Assembly (NCBI GenBank): GCA_963682135.1
Contig: OY821645.1
Coordinates: forward strand, 320,001 to 384,000
Length of the DNA stretch: 64,000 nt
Direction of reading: 5' to 3'
From: Methanothrix sp.
Lineage (GTDB): Archaea > Halobacteriota > Methanosarcinia > Methanotrichales > Methanotrichaceae
Each line of letters starts with the position of its first letter. Position 1 is the stretch's first letter. The notes under the pieces were generated by a model. It was not told the DNA's origin. It was given only the letters and a program-made list of their open reading frames with translations, and ran no database searches. This document shows positions 19,510 to 30,288 of this stretch, in pieces. A program made the position numbers and the translations under genes.

Positions 19510-19992
19510 ATGTCTTTGAAAAAAGACGGGATTCATTGGTCTTCACTGCAATTATATGCAGTGTGGTTGGCAGTTTTTTGTCTTGCCATTTCAAATACGA
19601 GCATTGCAAGTGATTCGATTCAGCCAATTTTAGTGTCCAAGGAGGATGCTGCAAAGAAGATAATTGATAATGTCATTCCGACAATCAACAGCACAAGCCT
19701 GCGAACAAATCAATATCCAATGATGCTGGATGCAGGATCGCGGGTGATGCAGGCAGTACCTGATGGGGGGAACGGATCTGAATATCTGTTATGCAAGAAC
19801 AGTAGCTGGCTGTTTTTTATCGACTTGGAGCCAACTGCGCACTTTGCCCATCCTGTTATGATCACTTTACTGGATGCAGTCAGCGGAGAGATCAGAAGCT
19901 TGGATGCAGAGTGGTGGCCGATTATTGAGATGCCGGTCTTCAAGAATCAGGATGATAGGCTAGATTCAAGCACGATTATTTACGAAAGATAA
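19510..19992 (+). CDS. Secreted protein equivalent to the N-terminal domain of the downstream protease
   Basis: SWLFFID.EP.AHFAHPV...D...AEWWP is shared with 20011-21462. Signal peptide present. Confidence 0.8.
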   Translation: MSLKKDGIHWSSLQLYAVWLAVFCLAISNTSIASDSIQPILVSKEDAAKKIIDNVIPTINSTSLRTNQYPMMLDAGSRVMQAVPDGGNGSEYLLCKNSSWLFFIDLEPTAHFAHPVMITLLDAVSGEIRSLDAEWWPIIEMPVFKNQDDRLDSSTIIYER

Positions 19993-20010
19993 TTGCACAA
20001 AATTGTATAG

Positions 20011-21462
20011 GTGGTAGTTATTGTGATTGCACGATTATTAAGGTGGAGATCTGTTGCCTTGATAGTAGCTATTCTTTTATCCAGTTTGCTATTTCAGGCA
20101 ATCGGAGTAATGGCAATTGAGGAAATGCAGATCGCCTCAGAGCAGATGAGTTCCAAGATGATATTAAACAAAGCAGATGCGTCTGCACTTGTACGAGATT
20201 CCATTATCAATCCTCTATGGGAGGCAGCTGACAAGGAGAATGGGCTTAAAGTGCTCCAATATGATGTGACATTGCCAGAGGGTACAAAGATAGAACCAGC
20301 CTATGAGGCCGCAGGCATGAAGACTGTAACATTCGTCAGCCAAAACCCAAGCTGGCTCTTCATGATCGACGAGATGCCTGGGGCTCATTTCGCTCATCCG
20401 GTAAAGTACGTTGTAGTTGATGCAAAAACAAAAGAACTGCAGGTCATGGAGGCGGAATGGTGGCCGAAGGTCAGTGGCCGCCAGGTCTTCGAAAAGGAGG
20501 ATATAAGAGCTGATCCGTCTTTGATAGTCTTCTACAAAGAGCCAGCTACGCTACAAAAAGCAGTCTCAAGTGCGAGGATGATAAATCCAAACCTTCTCGC
20601 TCCTGCAGTGCAGTGCGAGTCCTGGGCAGTGATAGTCTGCGGATTTAATGACCTTCCCGATACGTTCGATGAAGATACAAATGGAATATACAACGTTCTC
20701 AAGAGTCTAGGACTGGATGATGACCACATCTACTATCTGAGCCCTCATGCAGATGCGGGCGTGGATAGGGTAAATACAGCTGCAAATGTGCAGTGGGCAT
20801 TAAGTGAGGTAGCGGCACAATCAGGCAACAATGATAAGGTGCTATTCTTTTACAGCTCTCACGGAGGTGTCGATTACCTCGTCTGCGATACGGGAACTTC
20901 AGCTGGTGGCATCTGGGCAAGCGATCTGGATAACTGGTTGGATGCAATTACCTGCAAAGAGATGTCAGTAATCGTGGAGGCCTGCCATAGCGGGAGCCTG
21001 ATTGGCAAGTACAAAAATGGAAATTATCTGCCAGCCGAGAGCGACCTGACTGTAGACGGCGAGTCCAACCGTGTGATATTCACCTCGGCCTCGACTGACA
21101 CATCATCCTATGCAGATGTAGATGGCCCCGACGATCCCAATCCATCTGACAGCGGCAGCGAATCGATCTATGGATATATCATGGCTTTTTCTGAAAGCTC
21201 GGCGGACACGAACGGAGATGGTAAAGTCTCTTTCGGCGAGGCCCAACAATACGCATGGGATAACGATGTCACGCGCTTGAGGGGTGACAACATGCCCCAA
21301 ATGCTACAAGCTGGATTAGACAGGGCTATAGTCTACCACCAATGCCTGGATTCCCAGGCGGGAAGCAAATTCAAGAAGCCTCTGTACGAGGTTGTGGAAA
21401 GGATTAGACCTGATGTGGACATCAAGGTGAATCCAAAGATGGAGGCCACATTGGAAAGATAG
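20011..21462 (+). CDS. Secreted clan CD cysteine peptidase (C13 legumain / caspase-like fold) with EF-hand-like loop
   Basis: Catalytic dyad SSHGG and EACHSG, WAVIVCG strand, DTNGDGKVSFGE loop. Confidence 0.85.
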   Translation: MVVIVIARLLRWRSVALIVAILLSSLLFQAIGVMAIEEMQIASEQMSSKMILNKADASALVRDSIINPLWEAADKENGLKVLQYDVTLPEGTKIEPAYEAAGMKTVTFVSQNPSWLFMIDEMPGAHFAHPVKYVVVDAKTKELQVMEAEWWPKVSGRQVFEKEDIRADPSLIVFYKEPATLQKAVSSARMINPNLLAPAVQCESWAVIVCGFNDLPDTFDEDTNGIYNVLKSLGLDDDHIYYLSPHADAGVDRVNTAANVQWALSEVAAQSGNNDKVLFFYSSHGGVDYLVCDTGTSAGGIWASDLDNWLDAITCKEMSVIVEACHSGSLIGKYKNGNYLPAESDLTVDGESNRVIFTSASTDTSSYADVDGPDDPNPSDSGSESIYGYIMAFSESSADTNGDGKVSFGEAQQYAWDNDVTRLRGDNMPQMLQAGLDRAIVYHQCLDSQAGSKFKKPLYEVVERIRPDVDIKVNPKMEATLER

Positions 21463-21493
21463 ATCCGAATTGCAGTCGCCTAGAGCTTTTTTT

Positions 21494-22342
21494 TTATACT
21501 CTGCCCTCTTCCTCATTTTGCATGATCTTCGCGCCCCTGGCAAAGGCTGCATCCGCCTCAGCATCTTTGCCCAGAGCCATGAGAGCCAGGCCCCTGCTGT
21601 TCCAGGCCCTGGCGTTCTCGGCATCGATCTCGATGGCCCTATCAATATCATCGATAGCTTCCGCGTACCGGCTCAGGCGCCGCAGGGCCTCGCCCCGACC
21701 GTACCAGGAATCGGCATTTAGCGGATCGACCTCCAGCGCCCGGTCGAAATGCGCTACTGCCTCATCGTATCTGTGCAGTTTGGCAAGAGCCGCGCCTTTG
21801 TTGTTCCAGAACTCGCTTCTTTGCGGCTGCAGGGCGATGGACCGGTCAAAGCAATCCAGAGCCGCCTCATAGTCGCCCATATTTCCCAGAGATGCGCCTC
21901 GGTTGCTCCACACACGGGCACCATTGGGATTCAGCTCAAGAGCTTGATCATAATAATCGACTGCTTCCTGATATCTTCCCAGCCGGTTCAGAATTACGCC
22001 TTTGTTGTACCAGGCTCTCACGTAGCCGGGAACGGCCTTGATGATGGCGTCAAAATAGGCAATGGCCTGCGCGTATCTCTTCAGTTTGTAGAAGACAACG
22101 CCTTTATTATTCTGGGCATCGGTATATTGAGGGTCGATATTTAGGGCAGCATCAAAGGATACAATAGCCTCCTCATGCCGGCCCAGTCGGCATAAGGCCA
22201 GACCTCTGCGGTTACAAAGAGTTGCGTCTTTCGTGTATTTTTCTATGGCCCTATCATAAAATGAGAGGGCTTCATCAAATTTGCCGTTCTGGTATAGTTC
22301 ATCAGCTTTTTCTGCCAGGGAAATAGCATCCATGATAGTCAC
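21494..22342 (-). CDS. Tetratricopeptide-repeat protein
   Basis: About 8 canonical TPRs (AWYNKG..L..LGRY.EA). Confidence 0.92.
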   Translation of the reverse strand: MTIMDAISLAEKADELYQNGKFDEALSFYDRAIEKYTKDATLCNRRGLALCRLGRHEEAIVSFDAALNIDPQYTDAQNNKGVVFYKLKRYAQAIAYFDAIIKAVPGYVRAWYNKGVILNRLGRYQEAVDYYDQALELNPNGARVWSNRGASLGNMGDYEAALDCFDRSIALQPQRSEFWNNKGAALAKLHRYDEAVAHFDRALEVDPLNADSWYGRGEALRRLSRYAEAIDDIDRAIEIDAENARAWNSRGLALMALGKDAEADAAFARGAKIMQNEEEGRV

Positions 22343-22547
22343 CGCCTGATTGAGGTGAGAAGATAACTCCTAGTGGGTGAACTTAGGTCAAATCCATTTC
22401 TTTGTGCGTCTCTGCCCAGTGCCATATTATTCTATGCAGCCGCTGCTTACGGCAGGATTTTTCAATGATCTCGGCTCGATATAAATCCAGACGTACCTGA
22501 CGCGCACAATCTCAGCGTATAATGCTACTTATTTAGGATAATATGCT

Positions 22548-23093
22548 TTAGTCGCTCAAAAGTTTATACAGATTTATATAATATCTTGTTTCGAATTTTC
22601 CGGGCTTTATTGCTTCCATTCAAGTGAACCCTAGGCCAGATTTTTGATAGAAATCGAGAGATTCTGTTTTAGGATCTACTGTTATATATCTGCATCCTAC
22701 AGATTTGCAAACCACGTTGGTTATGAGTCCAATAGCCCAATTTAGAATATTGGTTCCAATACCAAGGCGTTCATATTTTCTTACAACAGCCACGCGGCCT
22801 ATCAAAATACACGGAAGACTCGAATACATAGGTTTAATGCTGTCTTTTTTTCTTACCATATCCTCTCTTTTTAGGCGCGGTGCTAAAACAGAATCTGCAC
22901 TAAGCGAGACAAACCCGACAACTGAACTCTCATGAAAGAATAAGTAGGTCCTACTCAGCATGCACTCTTGCTCATGTAGGGCATCATTTTTTATAAAATC
23001 ATTCAAATCATCACTGAAGCAATCGAAATCGCTAACGTCGTGATCGCCGCTTAATGGTTCAACGCGGATAGCTTCCCATGGGATACGGGCCAT
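22548..23093 (-). pseudogene. GNAT acetyltransferase toxin (AtaT/TacT-like) with in-frame TGA at 22620-22622
   Basis: Motifs FDC..DDLNDFI, PCILIGRVAV...LGIGT, ITVD and FYQK.GF. The frame continues MEAIKPGKFETRYYINLYKLLSD to TAA 22548. Confidence 0.75.
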
Positions 23094-23245
23094 TAAAACT
23101 TTATTGGATGGGACTGATAAATCCGTTGCGCTTCTCTAAGCTGTCTCTTCTGCTGCGGTGTGACAGAGTAGGCTTCTTCGCTCTGCAAAAATACTTTTGC
23201 GTCCTCTTCGCTTAGAGTTAAACCGAGCCTGAGTGCCCTAGACAT
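23093..23245 (-). CDS. Putative antitoxin (DUF1778/TacA C-terminal-like), 50 aa
   Basis: LTLSEEDAKVFL...TPQQKRQLREA. The stop overlaps the GNAT start codon. Confidence 0.65.
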   Translation of the reverse strand: MSRALRLGLTLSEEDAKVFLQSEEAYSVTPQQKRQLREAQRIYQSHPIKF

Positions 23246-23766
23246 ATTGCGCAGATCTCCGTTATCTCTGTTATTAGTACGTAATATCAGGCCTTGCGCC
23301 GTCAAAGCTTAATAACTTTTCCTAGGAAAACCTACCAGAAGGAAGTTCTTTTCATTGCCCCAACCTGGGCTCCATTCATGCGCATTATATCGATGCAGTA
23401 AATAAATCGATATTAATGGGTCGATCCTGGCTTATTACCTCAGAGCCCTAAGATTAGGACAAAGATTATCACGATCACCAAGGGCAGAAACAATCGCGCA
23501 TGGTTTTTCGGACTCCTGCTATTTCACATCTTAATGCCGCACTCACGCAAATATTGTCCTGCTTGGAGCTGGGAGTAAAAATGAAACTATTTTAATCTGT
23601 TGTCCACAAAACTCGCTGGCCATAATCAACAATTTATCAACAATTATGTTAACGCAAAAAACGGTGAATTTTCTCTTCGTCCTCACTCTAAAGAGAGGAG
23701 TATTCGTGATCCTCTGTACGCAACATGTAATAAATAATAAATAAGATTTACTCCACGGGGTGAAGT

Positions 23767-24015
23767 TTAATTGATCTTTTCTACGTGGATGGTTTTCAGT
23801 AGTTGCAGAGTTCCTTCGTCCCATGGATACATTGATACTATTTCAACTACCACACGGCTTGGATCAAATGCTGTTCCATAGAGAATATGATATGATGAAA
23901 ATGATGTCATAAGTGGATTTTTTGGATCAATGACGATTCTTGCCGAATCAACGGCTCCCATTATCAGCAACGTCAGGAATGCTATAATCGATATAAATCT
24001 CATCTCATACACCAT
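23767..24015 (-). CDS. Short secreted hypothetical protein, probably truncated
   Basis: Signal-peptide-like N-terminus in an AT-rich context. Confidence 0.4.
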   Translation of the reverse strand: MVYEMRFISIIAFLTLLIMGAVDSARIVIDPKNPLMTSFSSYHILYGTAFDPSRVVVEIVSMYPWDEGTLQLLKTIHVEKIN

Positions 24016-24434
24016 TTATTATTTGAGATTGAGATATCTAGACAAAAGCCTTTGGGTAAAAAGAGGGCCCGGAATATACGCACGAATACTGTCATGGGGC
24101 GAAGTTTCCAGCCGGACGTTGCTGTAATTTTTTAATCTGGTAACGATCGAATGCAGCAGCCTACAGCGATGCCTTCCAGCGTGGCAATCATATCAGGCTT
24201 CTCCCGCTTTTCGCTGAAGGAAAGCGCCGCCGCCATGGTGGCCTCTAGTAATGCGCTCTTGGCTTCATCTGAGGAGGAATATCGCCCCAACATCAAATCC
24301 CTGATGTTCCAGCTTCGCTGCATTGAGTTTCGCGACGGCCTTTCGGTACGCCGTCCACATTCAGCCCCCAAGGATCGCCAGGCCCCTGTTTTTTTATACT
24401 CCGGCGTACATATATCCAGCAGGAGAGAATTGCT

Positions 24435-25283
24435 ATGGCTATTACTACCAGGCTCTTTGGAAAGTCAGGCCCGCCCGTCACCCAGGTGGGCCTGGGCGGG
24501 GAGGGCGTGCTGCGCACCCACGGGCGCGAGCAGGAGGCAAAGGCCGTGATCGAGCAGGCTGCTGCTCAGGGCATAACCTACTTCGACTCCGCCCAGGCTT
24601 ATGCCGGCAGTCAGGGCTACTACGGCATTTTCTGGCGCAGCCATCAGGAGAAGCGCTCCGGCATATTTCAGACCAGCAAATCCGCCGCAAGAGACTACCT
24701 GGGCGCCAGGGCCGATCTGGCAGAGTCCCTGGAGATAATGGGCCTGGAAAGCCTGGACCTGTGGCAGATTCACGATCTACGGACTCGCCAGGATATCGAG
24801 GAGATCGAAGGGCCGGGCGGAGCCTTGCGGATGTTTGTCGAGGCCAAAGACGCTGGACTGGTGCGCTTTTTGGGCGTCACCGGACACCATGACCCCAAGA
24901 TCCTGGAGCAAGCTGTGAAAAACTGGCCGGTTGATGCCGTACTTATGCCCGTCAACCCAGCGGAAGCAATCCTGGGCGGATTTCTGGATCGGGTCATGGC
25001 TGCGGCCCAAGATCGCAGCCTCGCTGTTATCGCCATGAAGGTGCTGGGCGGCTCGCACTACATCTCTCCGCAGGATGGAGTGACTGCGGATCTGCTCCTG
25101 CGCTTTGCTCTTTCCCGGGAGATCAGCACGGCCATAGTGGGCTGCGGGAGTGCGGGGGAGGTAGAGGCGCTGGCCCGGGTGGGCATGCAGTTTCAGCCCC
25201 TGGCAGCAGAGGAAGAGGTGAGGCTGTTGGATCTCTTCCGGCCCCATGCCCGCAGGCTGGCGTACTACCGGGGAGTGATCTGA
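24435..25283 (+). CDS. Aldo/keto reductase
   Basis: Motifs VGLGG, GITYFDSAQAY, TSK, LDLWQIH, GVTGH and IAMKVLGG. Confidence 0.9.
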   Translation: MAITTRLFGKSGPPVTQVGLGGEGVLRTHGREQEAKAVIEQAAAQGITYFDSAQAYAGSQGYYGIFWRSHQEKRSGIFQTSKSAARDYLGARADLAESLEIMGLESLDLWQIHDLRTRQDIEEIEGPGGALRMFVEAKDAGLVRFLGVTGHHDPKILEQAVKNWPVDAVLMPVNPAEAILGGFLDRVMAAAQDRSLAVIAMKVLGGSHYISPQDGVTADLLLRFALSREISTAIVGCGSAGEVEALARVGMQFQPLAAEEEVRLLDLFRPHARRLAYYRGVI

Positions 25284-25455
25284 TGCAGCCTTGATGTAAA
25301 ATCAAACAGGGTTCGGTTTCACGCGAAGCCGCGAAGCTGCGAAGTTAAAGAATTGGTTAATTTCTGCATCATTGTTATGGCAGGAATGGATCTCTCGAAT
25401 AGTAGTAATAGATTGAACGAATACTCATTGCCAAAATTATTATGGAATGAATTAA

Positions 25456-26238
25456 ATGAACAGGACATATACAATTATAGGGGCATTGCTCTCCATCATG
25501 GCTTTGGCTCTGCTTCCTGGCGCAATGTGCGCAGATGACGACGTACTCTTCCAGGTATCCACCATTGATGCTCTGCTACAGGGCGTCTTTGACGGCTTTT
25601 ACAGCTTCGACGACCTGGAATCACATGGCGACTTCGGCATAGGCACCTTCGACTCGCTCGATGGGGAGATGGTAGCCGTGGATGGCGATTACTATCAGGT
25701 CAAGGCAGACGGCGTGGCTTATCCTGTGCAGGGCAATATGACCACACCCTTTTCCACAGTTACCTACTTCAAAGCCGACCAGACCATTGCCGTTCAAAAC
25801 GCCAGCAATTACACAATTCTCTCCAGCCAGATCTCCGAGAAGCTTCCCTCCATAAATATGTTCTACGCCCTGAGAATCGACGGCACCTTCCCCTACGTCA
25901 AGACGAGAAGCGTTCCCGCCCAGAAAAAGCCTTACCCGCGCCTGGCTGATGCCACCAAGAATCAGTCGGTCTTCGAATTTACCAACGTCACAGGAACGAT
26001 AGTCGGCCTCTGGGCACCAGAATTCTCAAAAGGTCTCAACGTCGCTGGATATCACCTTCATTTCATAACCGCGGACAGAAAGGCAGGTGGGCATATCCTC
26101 GACCTTAAGGTTGACAAAGCAGATGTCAAAGTAGACATAACACCCGGATTTGCCATGCAGCTTCCCACAACCGGCGACTTCTACAACGTCGATCTGACCC
26201 AGGATCTGCAGTCCGAGCTTGAGACGGTAGAGAAGTAA
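25456..26238 (+). CDS. budA: Alpha-acetolactate decarboxylase with signal peptide
   Basis: Motifs FQVSTIDALL.G, HGDFGIGTF..LDGEM, KTRSVP and GYHLHF...GGH. Confidence 0.9.
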   Translation: MNRTYTIIGALLSIMALALLPGAMCADDDVLFQVSTIDALLQGVFDGFYSFDDLESHGDFGIGTFDSLDGEMVAVDGDYYQVKADGVAYPVQGNMTTPFSTVTYFKADQTIAVQNASNYTILSSQISEKLPSINMFYALRIDGTFPYVKTRSVPAQKKPYPRLADATKNQSVFEFTNVTGTIVGLWAPEFSKGLNVAGYHLHFITADRKAGGHILDLKVDKADVKVDITPGFAMQLPTTGDFYNVDLTQDLQSELETVEK

Positions 26239-26370
26239 GTGGCAAAACAAATATTTTTTTTTGATATTTTATAGCACTTCTATTAACCAATGAATCCCTG
26301 AAAAGGATTAAGTCCTTCCTCCGCCTAATTAGCTCTCCAACCGACCAGAAAATCTCGTGAGACAAGCCAA

Positions 26371-29289
26371 ATGAAATCAATCATAATAAAAGGTGCCCGC
26401 GAGCACAACCTCAAAGACATAAACGTAACGCTTCCCCGTGATAAGTTCATCGTCATCACTGGCGTATCCGGTTCAGGCAAATCCACCCTGGCTTTCGATA
26501 CCATCTACGCCGAGGGCCAGCGCCGCTACGTAGAATCGCTCTCCGCTTACGCCCGCCAGTTCCTGGGCCAGATGGACAAGCCTGATGTGGACAGCATTGA
26601 AGGCCTCTCCCCGGCCATCTCCATCGAGCAGAAGACCACCTCCAAGAACCCGCGCAGCACAGTGGGAACGGTAACCGAGATCTACGACTACCTGCGCCTC
26701 CTCTTTGCGAGAATTGGCATTCCCCACTGCCCGGTGCATGGCATGAAGATTGAGTCCCAATCGCCGGAGAGGATAGCAGAGGGCATTTTAGAGGAAGCGA
26801 GAGCCGAAGGCCAAACAAAGAATGAAGAAGGCTCAGGCGAGAGCAGCAGCCAGGTAACGATTCTCGCTCCCGTCGTCCGTCAGAAGAAGGGAACCTACGG
26901 CCAGCTCTTCACCGACCTGAATGCAGAAGGTTACACAAGGGTGCGGGTGAATGGAGAGATACGCAGAACGGATGAGACAATCGAGCTGGACCGCTACAAG
27001 ATGCATGATATTGACGTGGTCATGGACCGGCTGGACCCTGCCCAGGATCGGTCCCGGCTGGTGGAGGCTGTGGAGAATGCTCTTAAGAAAGCGGAGGGCC
27101 TGGTCGTCGTTCTTTTCGGCGAAGGCCGGGAGCGACTCTACTCAGCTACCATGGCCTGTCCGGTCTGCGGCATGGCCTTCGAGGAGCTTCAGCCGCGCAT
27201 GTTCTCTTTCAACAGTCCCTTTGGAGCCTGCGAGTCATGCAATGGTCTGGGCATTCGCATGGAGTTCGATCCGGATTTGATCATTCCGGATAGAGAGCTA
27301 TGCATCGCCGACGGTGCAGTGGCGCTCTATCGAAATGCCATCGACGGCTGGCGGGGCCAGCATCTGGCTGCGGTGGCCAAGCACTTCGGCTTTGACGTCC
27401 TCACACCCATCAAAGCCCTCTCCGATGAGCAGTACAATGCCCTGATGTACGGCTCAGAGGAAAGCATCCAGTTTAGCATGAGCATGAAAAATGGTGATGC
27501 CTACTGGATGCATAACGGCCAGTGGGAGGGCTTAATCCCACAAAGTGTCCGCCTCTACGGCCAGACAGCATCCGATTACAGGCGCGAGGAGCTGGAGAAG
27601 TTCATGCGCGTTCTACCCTGTCCGTCCTGTGGCGGTCGCAGGCTGAAGGAGAAGGTGCTGGCCGTAACTGTGGGAGAAAAATCCATTGTGGATGTGACCG
27701 ATCTATCCGTCGGCGATAGCCTCGAATTTTTTTCTAATCTCGCTCCCAGGATCTCGGATAAAGAGCAGGAAATCGCCCGCCAAATCCTGAAAGAGATCTC
27801 CTCTCGCCTGGGTTTTCTAGAGCACGTGGGTCTGGGATATCTTACCCTATCCCGGAACGCCGGAACCCTCTCGGGAGGCGAAGCGCAGCGTATCCGCCTG
27901 GCTACGCAGATCGGCTCCAATCTGACCGGCGTTCTTTATGTGCTGGACGAGCCTTCCATCGGCCTTCATCAGCGGGACAACGCCCGGCTCATTGAGACAC
28001 TGAAAAAGCTGCGGGACCTGGGTAACACCCTCATCGTAGTAGAGCATGATGAAGAGACCATACGCAGCTCTGACCATGTTCTGGACATCGGGCCGGGAGC
28101 GGGAATTCACGGCGGCTACGTGGTGGCGCAGGGTACACCCCAGGAGATCGAGAAGAATGCCGAGTCGCTCACTGGCCAGTACCTCTCCGGGAAACAGAGC
28201 ATCATAGTTCCGGCAAGCCGCAGGAAGAGCAATAAATTCATTCGCCTCAAAGGCTGCCGGGAGAATAATCTCAAGGGTATCGATGCTGCTATCCCTTTAG
28301 GTGTCCTGACAGTTGTCACCGGTGTCTCCGGCTCAGGCAAATCTACCCTCATCTATGACACTCTCTACCGGGCGCTCATGAAGAAGATCTACAAATCGAG
28401 CACAGAGCCGGGAGCTTACGATGAGATTATTTTCGACTGCGAGGTAGACAAAGTCATCGTCATCGACCAGAGCCCCATCGGCAGAACGCCTCGCTCCAAT
28501 CCTGCCACCTACACCAAGATCTTCGATCCTATCCGGCTGGCCTTTGCCGAGACGAAAGAGGCCAAGGTGCGCGGCTACAAAGCAGGTCGCTTCTCCTTTA
28601 ACGTTCGGGGCGGTCGATGTGAGGCCTGCCAGGGAGACGGGCTCATCAAGATTGAGATGAACTTTCTGCCCGACGTCTACATCGAATGCGAGGAGTGCAA
28701 GGGCACCCGCTACAATCGCGAGACCCTGGATGTCAAATATAAGGGCAAGTCCATTGCCGATGTGCTGGATATGACTGTAGAAGAGGCCCGGGAGCACTTT
28801 CAGAACGTTCCTGCCATCAGAAGCAAGCTGGATACCCTTTTGGGCGTAGGCCTCGGATATATCAAGCTGGGGCAGAGCTCGACTACCCTCTCGGGCGGCG
28901 AGGCGCAGAGGATCAAGCTCACCCGGGAGCTGGCCAAGAGGGGCACGGGAAGGACTATTTACCTGCTGGACGAGCCGACAACCGGGCTGCACTTCGCTGA
29001 TGTCAAGAAGCTCATCAGCGTCCTGGACGACCTGGTGGCCAAGGGCAACAGCGTGGTGGTCATCGAGCACAACCTGGATGTTATCAAGTGCGCCGACTAC
29101 ATCATCGACCTGGGGCCGGAGGGCGGCAACGCCGGCGGGCGAATTGTGGCAGCAGGAACGCCGGAAGAGGTGGCTGCGGTCGAAGAGAGCCACACCGGAC
29201 ATTACCTGAGATCGAGGGTCGGTGGCAGCGAGCCGGGAGCGAAAGCGACGGGAAAGAAGGGTTCAAAGGCCAAGGCCAACGGAAAGTAG
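26371..29289 (+). CDS. uvrA: Excinuclease ABC subunit A
   Basis: Two ABC ATPase modules ([16 protein letters not shown]), [12 protein letters not shown] and zinc fingers. Confidence 0.98.
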   Translation: MKSIIIKGAREHNLKDINVTLPRDKFIVITGVSGSGKSTLAFDTIYAEGQRRYVESLSAYARQFLGQMDKPDVDSIEGLSPAISIEQKTTSKNPRSTVGTVTEIYDYLRLLFARIGIPHCPVHGMKIESQSPERIAEGILEEARAEGQTKNEEGSGESSSQVTILAPVVRQKKGTYGQLFTDLNAEGYTRVRVNGEIRRTDETIELDRYKMHDIDVVMDRLDPAQDRSRLVEAVENALKKAEGLVVVLFGEGRERLYSATMACPVCGMAFEELQPRMFSFNSPFGACESCNGLGIRMEFDPDLIIPDRELCIADGAVALYRNAIDGWRGQHLAAVAKHFGFDVLTPIKALSDEQYNALMYGSEESIQFSMSMKNGDAYWMHNGQWEGLIPQSVRLYGQTASDYRREELEKFMRVLPCPSCGGRRLKEKVLAVTVGEKSIVDVTDLSVGDSLEFFSNLAPRISDKEQEIARQILKEISSRLGFLEHVGLGYLTLSRNAGTLSGGEAQRIRLATQIGSNLTGVLYVLDEPSIGLHQRDNARLIETLKKLRDLGNTLIVVEHDEETIRSSDHVLDIGPGAGIHGGYVVAQGTPQEIEKNAESLTGQYLSGKQSIIVPASRRKSNKFIRLKGCRENNLKGIDAAIPLGVLTVVTGVSGSGKSTLIYDTLYRALMKKIYKSSTEPGAYDEIIFDCEVDKVIVIDQSPIGRTPRSNPATYTKIFDPIRLAFAETKEAKVRGYKAGRFSFNVRGGRCEACQGDGLIKIEMNFLPDVYIECEECKGTRYNRETLDVKYKGKSIADVLDMTVEEAREHFQNVPAIRSKLDTLLGVGLGYIKLGQSSTTLSGGEAQRIKLTRELAKRGTGRTIYLLDEPTTGLHFADVKKLISVLDDLVAKGNSVVVIEHNLDVIKCADYIIDLGPEGGNAGGRIVAAGTPEEVAAVEESHTGHYLRSRVGGSEPGAKATGKKGSKAKANGK

Positions 29290-29351
29290 TCTTTCTGCCC
29301 AACCGCCATGCTAAATATGAAGTGGCACCTTCGCCAGAATCAGGATATACG

Positions 29352-29882
29352 ATGACCCGAATAATCGCTCTATCAGATACTCATCTAGAAAGTGAGATGC
29401 TCCCTCCTGCTGTTGCTGCGCTTGCCGGCAGCGCCGACATCATCCTTCATTGCGGCGATTTTGTCTCTCTGAAGTGCCACGCTGCTCTCGCAGCCCTTGG
29501 TCGGCTGGAGGCAGTGCATGGAAACTCCGACTGTCCCGAGCTGAAGAAGGCACTGCCGGAGCGAAAGGTGATCGAGGTGGAGGGAGTGAAAATCGGCCTG
29601 GTGCACATGGCCTCGCACGGCTCAGATCTGGTAGGAGCGGAGATGATGGCCAGAGAGATGGATGTACAGGTTTTGGTCTTCGGCCATATTCATCGCCCTC
29701 TCATCGAGAAGGGCAAGTTGCTCCTTATCTGCCCGGGCAGCACCACACTTCCACGCATGTCTGCCCCCTCTGTGGCCGGGCTGGAGATTGAAGACGGCAA
29801 TGTGCGGGGCAATATCATTCCCGTGGGCAGCCCCGCCTGCAATTATCTCAAGTTCGCCGGGGAACTGGCGAAAAGGAGCTAG
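29352..29882 (+). CDS. YfcE/MJ0936-family metallophosphoesterase
   Basis: Motifs SDTH, HCGD, HGNSD, FGHIH and CPGS. ATG 29352 is the probable start. Confidence 0.9.
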   Translation: MTRIIALSDTHLESEMLPPAVAALAGSADIILHCGDFVSLKCHAALAALGRLEAVHGNSDCPELKKALPERKVIEVEGVKIGLVHMASHGSDLVGAEMMAREMDVQVLVFGHIHRPLIEKGKLLLICPGSTTLPRMSAPSVAGLEIEDGNVRGNIIPVGSPACNYLKFAGELAKRS

Positions 29883-30288
29883 AAGCTTCTCTTGGGTATC
29901 AGGTTCGAGATTTTTAGGTGTGACAAATCAAACATGCTTCAGAATAAACCAGATACAATACAACTGCAAAAGTTAGAAATGACACTATTGATGCAATCAC
30001 CATATCATGCAAATTAGCCCCCAACATAATCATCAATTGAGGTATGTTATATTTATATCTACTGCATCAGTTTTATATACACACATGACCTTTCACGTTC
30101 GATAAATATGGTCGAAAATAAAGGAGAAACAAGAGTGGCAAGAAGAAGCCGCAATGACTTGATCGCCCAAGATGGATCTAAGCCAACTGTTGCAAGACGA
30201 TCCCGATGCAAGTAATATTCCGACATTATTTTTTCAGTTTTCAATCCAGTTCCTTTCTGCTCCACCCATAGCGTAAGCTTAAACCCTC

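Noticed and set aside
22620-22622. Selenocysteine recoding of the GNAT TGA
   Set aside because: The position is not a catalytic Cys and no SECIS was recognised. A nonsense mutation is simpler.
24132-24400. Short ORFs upstream of the aldo/keto reductase
   Set aside because: No recognisable motif or convincing start. Possibly a decayed fragment.
28333-29202. 289-aa minus-strand ORF (likewise 30592-31311, 50240-51154, 56493-57227)
   Set aside because: Each lies antisense to a well-supported gene in GC-rich coding DNA.
29088-29351. N-terminal extension of the phosphoesterase ORF
   Set aside because: It overlaps uvrA by about 200 bp, and family homology starts at ATG 29352.
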